Shown here: one piece after another, positions 1-8,340 of the stretch
How the letters are laid out: every line of letters begins with the position of its first letter
Numbering within the stretch: position 1 is the first letter of the stretch
DNA from: Utricularia gibba
Lineage: Eukaryota > Plantae > Magnoliophyta
Length of the DNA: 22,069 nucleotides
NCBI GenBank assembly: GCA_002189035.1
Contig: NEEC01000399.1
Coordinates: 1-22,069, forward strand
Reading direction: 5' to 3'
The notes under the pieces: model-generated
Seen by the model: only the letters and a program-made list of their open reading frames with translations
What the model was told of the DNA's origin: nothing
Databases searched by the model: none
Program-made: the position numbers and the translations under genes

Positions 1-13
1 GTTTCTCAAGGAA

Positions 14-2518
14 AAGCTTGTCGTTTTTGGGCGGGTGATGTCGTTTGAACTTCGTTCTGACCAAGGTTCGGTCTGACTCCTTTGCCAAATCGGGTCCTAC
101 TCGACGAAAATCGTGATGCAGTTATTGAAGTTAGGATTTCATGAGCACCCAAAATGGTTTTTTCAACCGCATGCTTTATATTTGATAAGGCACTCTCGTG
201 GGGCAACGGTATCGAGCAGGAGGTCGAGTCGAGCTCGCCCCATAGTCATTTGTAGCTCGGCAAAAAAAACTTGATGCATTTATTAACGGTTGGTTTTAAT
301 AGGCCCTCAATGGTTTTCTCAAGGAAAAGCTTGTCGTTTTGGGCGGGTGATGTCGTTGTGAACTTCGTTCTGACCCAAGGTTCTGTCTGACTCCTTTGCC
401 ACATCGGGTCCAACTTGACGAAAATCGTGATGCAGTTATTGACGTTAGGATTTTCATGAGCACCCAAAATGCTTTTTTCAATCGCATGCTTTGTAGTTTA
501 GGAGGCGCTCTAGTGGGGCACGGTATCGGGCAAAAGGTCGAGTCGGGCTCGCTCCCAGAGTCGTTTGTAGCCCGACAAAAATATTGATGCATTTATTAAC
601 GTTCGGCGCTATTAGGCTGCCTACATAGTTTCTCAAGGAAAAGCTTATCGTTTCTGGGCGGGTGATGTCGTTGGGAACTTCGTTCGGACCCAAGGTTCTG
701 ACTGACTCCTTTGCCACATCGGGTCCTACTCGACGAAAATCGTGATGCAGTTATTGAAGTTAGGATGTCATGAGCACCCAAAATGGTTTTCTCAACCGCA
801 TGCTTTATATTTGATAAGGCACTCTCGTGGGGCAACGGTATCGAGCAGGAGGTCGAGTCGAGCTCGGCCCATAGTCATTTGTAGCTCGGCAAAAAATTGA
901 TGCATTAATTAACGTTGGGTTTTAATAGAACGCCTACATTGTTTTTCTCAAGGAAAAGCTTGTCGTTTTTGGGCGGTGATTTCGTTGTGAACTTCGTTCT
1001 GACCCAACGTTCGTCTGACTCTTTGCCACATCGGGTCCTACTCGACGAAAATCGTGATGCACTTATTGAAGTTAGGATGTCATGAGCACCCAAAATGGTT
1101 TTCTCAACCGCATGCTTTATATTTGATAAGGTGCTCTCGTGGGGCAACGGTATCGAGCAGGAGGTCGAGTCGAGCTCGGGCCCAGAGTCATTTGTAGCCG
1201 AAAAAATATTGATGCATTTATTAACGTTCGGCTATTAGGCTGCCTACATAGTTTCTCAAGGAAAAGCTTGTCGTTTCTGGCGGGTGATGTCGTTGGGAAC
1301 TTCGTTCGGACCCAAGGTTCTGTCTGACTCCTTTGCCACATCGGGTCCTACTCGACGAAAATCGTGATGCAGTTATTGAAGTTAGGATGTCATGAGCACC
1401 CAAAATGGTTTTCAACCGCATGCTTTATATTTGAGGAGGCGCTCTCGTGGGGCAACGGTATCGAGTAGGAGGTCGAGTCGAGCTCGGGCCCATAGTCATT
1501 TGTAGCTCGGCAAAAAACTTGATGCATTAATTAACGTTGGGTTTTAATAGAACGCCTACATTGTTTTCTCAAGGAAAAGCTTGTCGTTTCTGGCGGGTGA
1601 TGTCGTTGGGAACTTCGTTCTGACCCAAGGTTCGTCTGACTCCTTTGCCACATCGGGTCCTACTCGACGAAAATCGTGATGCAGTTATTGAAGTTAGGAT
1701 TTCATGAGCACCCAAAATGGTTTTCTCAACCGCATGCTTTATATTTGATAAGGTGCTCTCGTGGGGCAACGGTATCGAGTAGGAGGTCGAGTCGAGCTCG
1801 GGCCCATAGTCATTTGTAGCTCGGCAAAAAACTTGATGCATTTATTAACGTTGGTTTTAATAGGCTGCCTCATGGTTTTCTCAAGGAAAAGCTTGTCGTT
1901 TTTGGGCGGGTGATGTCGTTGTGAACTTCGTTCTGACCCAAGGTTCGGTCTGTCTCCTTTGCCAAATCTGGTCCTACTCGACGAAAATCGTGATGCAGTT
2001 ATTGAAGTTAGGATTTCATGAGCACCCAAAATGCTTTTTCAATCGCATGCTTTATATTTGATAAGGCGCTCGTGGGGCAACGGTATCGAGCAGGAGGTCG
2101 AGTCGAGCTCGGGCCCATAGTCATTTGTAGCTGGCAAAAAACTTGATGCATTTATTAACGGTTGGTTTTAATAGGCTGCCTACAATGGTTTTCTCAAGGA
2201 AAAGCTTGTCGTTTTTGGGCGGGTGATGTCGTTGTGAACTTCGTTCTGACCCAAGGTTCGGTCTGACTCCTTTGCCACATCGGGTCCTACTCGACGAAAA
2301 TCGTGATGCAGTTATTGAAGTTAGGATTTCATGAGCACCCAAAATGGTTTTTCTCAACCGCATGCTTTGTAGTTGAGGAAGGCGCTCTAGTGGGGCAACG
2401 GTATCGGGCAAAAGGTCGAGTCGGGCTCGCACCTAGAGTCATTTTTAGCCTGTCAAAAAAAGTTGATGCATTTATTAACGTTGGGTTTTAATAGGTGCCT
2501 ACATGGTTTCTCAAGGAA
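14..2518 (+). repeat. 8-monomer variant block, copy 1
   Basis: The order of diagnostic variants in monomers 1-8 is reproduced in monomers 65-72: CTCTAG/AAAAGG type in second place, GATGTC types in third to fifth place, TGAGGAGG in fifth place, GCTTTTTCAA plus ATAAGGCGCTC in seventh place. Confidence 0.7.
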
Positions 2519-2670
2519 AAGCTTGTCGTTTCTGGGCGGGTGATGTCTTTTGGAACTTCGTTCTGACCATAGGTTCGGTCTGACTCCTTTGCCACATCGG
2601 GTCCTACTCGACGAAAATCGTGATGCAGTTATTGAAGTTAGGATTCATGAGCACCCAAAATGCTTTTCAA

Positions 2671-2870
2671 TCGCAACCTTTTTATTTCAAGATTTAAGGG
2701 GGAGGGTCTCGAAGAGTCATTTCGGCAAAAAAATGCGTTGGTTTAATAGGCTGCCTACATGGTTTCTCAGGAAAAGCTTGTCGTTTCTGGGCGGTGATGT
2801 CTTTGGAACTTCGTTCTGACCTCGGTCTCTCCTTTGCCATCGGTCCTACTCACGAAAATGATGCAGTTAT
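2671..2870. other. Degraded or low-fidelity patch spanning monomers 9-10
   Basis: HindIII spacing falls to 255 bp (2519 to 2774) and 294 bp (2774 to 3068). Consensus motifs are fragmentary, with many small deletions. Confidence 0.8.
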
Positions 2871-5800
2871 TGAAGTTAGGATTTCATGAGCACCCAAAAT
2901 GCTTTTCAACCGCATGCTTTGTAGTTGAGGAGGCGCTCTAGTGGGGCAACGGTATCGGGCAAAAGGTCGAGTCGGGCTCGCCCAGAGTCATTTTTAGCCT
3001 GTCAAAAAAAGTGATGCATTTATTAACGTTGGGTTTTAATAGGCTGCCTACATGGTTTCTCAAGGAAAAGCTTGTCGTTTCTGGGCGGGTGATGTCTTTG
3101 GAACTTCGTTCTGACCATAGGTTCGGTCTGACTCCTTTGCCACATCGGGTCCTACTCGACGAAAATCGTGATGCAGTTATTGAAGTTAGGATATCATGAG
3201 CACCCAAAAGGGTTTTCTCAACCGCATGCTTTATATTTGATAAGGCACTCTCGTGGGGCAACGGTATCGAGCAGGAGGTCGAGTCGAGCTCGGGCCCAGA
3301 GTCATTTGTAGCCCGGCAAAAAAATTGATGCATTTATTAACGTTCGGCTTTATTAGGCTGCCTACATAGTTTCTCAAGGAAAAGCTTGTCGTTTCTGGGC
3401 GGGTGATGTCGTTGGAACTTCGTTCGGACCAAGGTTCTGACTGACTCCTTTGCCACATCGGGTCCTACTCGACGAAAATCGTGATGCAGTTATTGAAGTT
3501 AGGATGTCATGAGCACCCAAAATGGTTTTCTCAACCGCATGCTTTATATTTGAGGAGGCGCTCTCGTGGGGCAACGGTATCGAGTAGGAGGTCGAGTCGA
3601 GCTCGGGCCCATAGTCATTTGTAGCTCGCAAAAAAATTGATGCATTAATTAACGTTGGTTTTAATAGGCCTACATTGTTTTCTCAAGGAAAAGCTTGTCG
3701 TTTCTGGCGGGTGATGTCGTTGGGAACTTCGTTCGGACCCAAGGTTCTGTCTGACTCCTTTGCCACATCGGGTCCTACTCGACGAAAATCGTGATGCAGT
3801 TATTGAAGTTAGGATTTCATGAGCACCCAAAATGGTTTTCTCAACCGCATGCTTTATATTTGATAAGGTGCTCTCGTGGGGCAACGGTATCGAGTAGGAG
3901 GTCGAGTCGAGCTCGGGCCCATAGTCATTTGTAGCTCGGCAAAAAACTTGATGCATTTATTAACGGTTGGTTTTAATAGGCTGCCTCAATGGTTTTCTCA
4001 AGGAAAAGCTTGTCGTTTTTGGCGGGTGATGTCGTTGGAACTTCGTTCTGACCCAAGGTTCGGTCTGTCTCCTTTGCCAAATCTGGTCCTACTCGACGAA
4101 AATCGTGATGCAGTTATTGAAGTTAGGATTTCATGAGCACCCAAAATTTTTTCAATCGCATGCTTTATATTTGATAAGGCACTCTCGTGGGGCAACGGTA
4201 TCGAGCAGGAGGTCGAGTCGAGCTCGGGCCCATAGTCATTTGTAGCTCGGCAAAAAACTTGATGCATTTATTAACGTTGGTTTTAATAGGCCGCCTCAAT
4301 GGTTTTCTCAAGGAAAAGCTTGTCGTTTTTGGGCGGGTGATGTCGTTGGGAACTTCGTTCTGACCCAAGGTTCGTCTGTCTCCTTTGCCAAATCGGTCCT
4401 ACTCGACGAAAATCGTGATGCAGTTATTGAAGTTAGGATTCATGAGCACCCAAAATGCTTTTCAGCATGCTTTAGTTGAGGAGGCGCTCTAGTGGGGCAC
4501 GGTATCGCAAAAGGTCGAGTCGGGCTCGCCCAGAGTCATTTTAGCCTGAAAAAATTGATGCATTTATTAACGTTGGTTTTAATAGGCTGCCTACATGGTT
4601 TCTCAAGGAAAAGCTTGTCGTTTCTGGGCGGGTGATGTCTTTTGGAACTTCGTTCTGACCATAGGTTCGGTCTGACTCCTTTGCCACATCGGGTCCTACT
4701 CAACGAAAATCGTGATGCAGTTATTGAAGTTAGGATATCATGAGCACCCAAAAGGGTTTTCTCAACCGCATGCTTTATATTTGATAAGGCACTCTCGTGG
4801 GGCAACGGTATCGAGCAGGAGGTCGAGTCGAGCTCGGTCCCAGAGTCATTTGTAGCCCGGCAAAAAAATTGATGCATTTATTAACGTTCGGCTTTATTAG
4901 GCTGCCTACATAGTTTCTCAAGGAAAAGCTTGTCGTTTCTGGCGGGTGATGTCTTTTGGAACTTCGTTCGGACCCAAGGTTGACTGACTCCTTTGCCACA
5001 TCGGGTCCTACTCGACGAAAATCGTGATGCAGTTATTGAAGTTAGGATGTCATGAGCACCCAAAATGGTTTTCTCAACCGCATGCTTTATATTTGATAAG
5101 GTGCTCTCGTGGGGCAACGGTATCGAGTAGGAGGTCGAGTCGAGCTCGGGCCCATAGTCATTTGTAGCTCGGCAAAAAACTTGATGCATTTATTAACGGT
5201 TGGGTTTTAATAGGCTGCCTCAATGGTTTTCTCAAGGAAAAGCTTGTCGTTTTGGCGGGTGATGTCGTTGAACTTCGTTCTGACCCAAGGTTCGGTCTGT
5301 CTCCTTTGCCAAATCTGGTCCTACTCGACGAAAATCGTGATGCAGTTATTGAAGTTAGGATTTCATGAGCACCCAAAATGCTTTTTCAATCGCATGCTTT
5401 GTATTTGAGGAGGCGCTCTAGTGGGGCACGGTATCGGGCAAAAGGTCGAGTCGGGCTCGCCCAGAGTCATTTGTAGCCCGGCAAAAAAATTGATGCATTT
5501 ATTAACGTTGGGTTTTAATAGGCTGCCTACATGGTTTCTCAAGGAAAAGCTTGTCGTTTCTGGGCGGTGATGTCTTTGGAACTTCGTTCTGACCATAGGT
5601 TCGGTCTGACTCCTTTGCCACATCGGGTCCTACTCAACGAAAATCGTGATGCAGTTGTTGAAGTTAGGATATCATGAGCACCCAAAAGGGTTTTCTCAAC
5701 CGCATGCTTTATATTTGATAAGGCACTCTCGTGGGGCAACGGTATCGAGCAGGAGGTCGAGTCGAGCTCGGTCCCAGAGTCATTTGTAGCCCGGCAAAAA

Positions 5801-7398
5801 AATTGATGCATTTATTAACGTTCGGCTTTATTAGGCTGCCTACATAGTTTCTCAAGGAAAAGCTTGTCGTTTCTGGCGGGTGATGTCTTTTGGAACTTCG
5901 TTCGGACCCAAGGTTCGACTGACTCCTTTGCCACATCGGGTCCTACTCGACGAAAATCGTGATGCAGTTATTGAAGTTAGGATTCATGAGCACCCAAAAT
6001 GGTTTTCTCAACCGCATGCTTTATATTTGAGGAGGCGCTCTCGTGGGGCAACGGTATCGAGTAGGAGGTCGAGTCGAGCTCGGGCCCATAGTCATTTGTA
6101 GCTCGGCAAAAAATTGATGCATTTATTAACGTTGGGTTTTAATAGGCGCCTACATGTTTTCTCAAGGAAAAGCTTGTCGTTTCTGGGGGTGATGTCGTTG
6201 GGAACTTCGTTCGGACCAAGGTTCGTCTGACTCCTTTGCCACATCGGGTCCTACTCGACGAAAATCGTGATGCAGTTATTGAAGTTAGGATTTCATGAGC
6301 ACCCAAAATGGTTTTCTCAACCGCATGCTTTATATTTGATAAGGTGCTCTCGTGGGGCAACGGTATCGAGTAGGAGGTCGAGTCGAGCTCGGGCCCATAG
6401 TCATTTGTAGCTCGGCAAAAAACTTGATGCATTTATTAACGTTGGTTTTAATAGGCTGCCTCAATGGTTTTCTCAAGGAAAAGCTTGTCGTTTTTGGGCG
6501 GGTGATGTCGTTGGAACTTCGTTCTGACCCAAGGTTCGGTCTGACTCCTTTGCCAAATCGGTCCTACTCGACGAAAATCGTGATGCAGTTATTGAAGTTA
6601 GGATTTCATGAGCACCCAAAATGGTTTTTTCAACGCATGCTTTATATTTGATAAGGCACTCTCGTGGGGCAACGGTATCGAGCAGGAGGTCGAGTCGAGC
6701 TCGGGCCCATAGTCATTTGTAGCTCGGCAAAAAATTGATGCATTTATTAACGTTGGTTTTAATAGGCTGCCTCATGGTTTTCTCAAGGAAAAGCTTGTCG
6801 TTTTTGGGCGGTGATGTCGTTGTGAACTTCGTTCTGACCCAAGGTTCGGTCTGACTCCTTTGCCACATCGGTCCTACTCGACGAAAATCGTGATGCAGTT
6901 ATTGAAGTTAGGATTTCATGAGCACCCAAAATGCTTTTCAATCGCATGCTTTATATTGATCTCGTGGGGCAACGGTATCGGGCAGGAGGTCGAGTCGGGC
7001 TCGCCCCAGAGTCATTTGTAGCCCAAAAAAATTGATGCATTTATTAACGTTGGTTTTAATAGGCTGCCTACATGGTTTTCTCAAGGAAAAGCTTGTCGTT
7101 TCTGGGCGGTGATGTCTTTTGGAACTTCGTTCTGACCATAGGTTCGGTCTGACTCCTTTGCCATCGGGTCCTACTCAACGAAAATCGTGATGCAGTTTGA
7201 AGTTAGGATATCATGAGCACCCAAAAGGGTTTTCTCAACCGCATGCTTTATATTTGATAAGGCACTCTCGTGGGGCAACGGTATCGAGCAGGAGGTCGAG
7301 TCGAGCTCGGGCCCAGAGTCATTTGTAGCCCGGCAAAAAAATTGATGCATTTATTAACGTTCGGCTTTATTAGGCTGCCTACATAGTTTCTCAAGGAA
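2774..7398 (+). repeat. Local ~5-monomer higher-order repeat region with one shortened 3-monomer unit
   Basis: K-type monomers (CTCTAG...GCAAAAGG, partial in the last) start at 2774, 4316, 5240 and 6791. Each is followed by an N-type monomer (GATATC plus AAAAGGGTTTT) at 3068, 4611, 5547 and 7089. Spacings are 5, 3 and 5 monomers. Confidence 0.7.
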
Positions 7399-8016
7399 AA
7401 GCTTGTCGTTTCTGGGCGGGTGATGTCTTTTGGAACTTCGTTCTGACCATAGGTTCGGTCTGACTCCTTTGCCACATCGGGTCCTACTCACGAAAATCGT
7501 GATGCAGTTATTGAAGTTAGGATATCATGAGCACCCAAAATGGTTTTCTCAACCGCATGCTTTATATTTGATAAGGCACTCTCGTGGGGCAACGGTATCG
7601 AGCAGGAGGTCGAGTCGAGCTCGGGCCCAGAGTCATTTGTAGCCCGGCAAAAAAAATTGATGCATTTATTAACGTTCGGCTTTATTAGGCTGCCTACATA
7701 GTTTCTCAAGGAAAAGCTTGTCGTTTCTGGGCGGGTGATGTCTTTTGGAACTTCGTTCTGACCATAGGTTCGGTCTGACTCCTTTGCCACATCGGGTCCT
7801 ACTCGACGAAAATCGTGATGCAGTTATTGAAGTTAGGATATCATGAGCACCCAAATGGTTTTCTCAACCGCATGCTTTATATTTGATAAGGTGCTCTCGT
7901 GGGGCAACGGTATCGAGTAGGAGGTCGAGTCGAGCTCGGGCCCATAGTCATTTGTAGCTCGGCAAAAAACTTGATGCATTTATTAACGTTGGTTTTAATT
8001 GGCTGCCTATGGTTTT

Positions 8017-8175
8017 CTCAAGGAAAAGCTTGTCGTTTTTGGGCGGGTGATGTCTTTTGGAACTTCGTTCTGACCATAGGTTCGGTCTGACTCCTTTGCC
8101 ACATCGGGTCCTACTCGACGAAAATCGTGATGCAGTTATTGAAGTTAGGATATCATGAGCACCCAAAATGGTTTT
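8017..8175 (+). repeat. Subunit A (~159 bp) of the dimeric monomer
   Basis: Starts at CTCAA-GGAAAAGCTT (8017) and ends before the homologous CTCAA-CCGCATGCTT (8176). Its last ~56 bp plus the junction align without gaps to the end of subunit B. Confidence 0.85.
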
Positions 8176-8340
8176 CTCAACCGCATGCTTTATATTTGAT
8201 AAGGCACTCTCGTGGGGCAACGGTATCGAGCAGGAGGTCGAGTCGAGCTCGGGCCCAGAGTCATTTGTAGCCCGGCAAAAAAATTGATGCATTTATTAAC
8301 GTTCGGCTTTATTAGGCTGCCTACATAGTTTCTCAAGGAA
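8026..8340 (+). repeat. Representative full-length satellite monomer (315 bp, HindIII to HindIII)
   Basis: Hand count: 315 bp, G=80, C=66 (46% GC), 18 CpG. It carries all consensus motifs without deletions. Confidence 0.95.
8176..8331 (+). repeat. Subunit B (~156 bp) of the dimeric monomer
   Basis: Runs from CTCAA at 8176 to the next CTCAA at 8332. TGATGCATTTATTAACGTT mirrors TGATGCAGTTATTGAAGTT of subunit A. Confidence 0.85.

Noticed and set aside
1269-1285. CENP-B-box-like motif TGTCGTTTCTGGCGGGT (canonical core NTTCGNNNNANNCGGGN); also TCGTTGGGAAC just downstream
   Set aside because: Only 7 of 9 essential positions match, the spacing depends on a variable G-run, and the host taxon is unknown. 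It is not distinguishable from chance.
2680-2720. Possible foreign insertion in monomer 9
   Set aside because: The monomer is shorter, not longer, and the segment retains fragments of the consensus. Degradation or a sequencing error explains it better.
8026-8340. Many palindromic sites per monomer (AAGCTT, TCATGA, GCATGC, CGAGCTCG, GGGCCC, ATGCAT, AACGTT) and the small dyad ACGA-AAA-TCGT
   Set aside because: About 5 palindromic hexamers are expected by chance in 315 bp, so the excess is small. No long stable inverted repeat is present.
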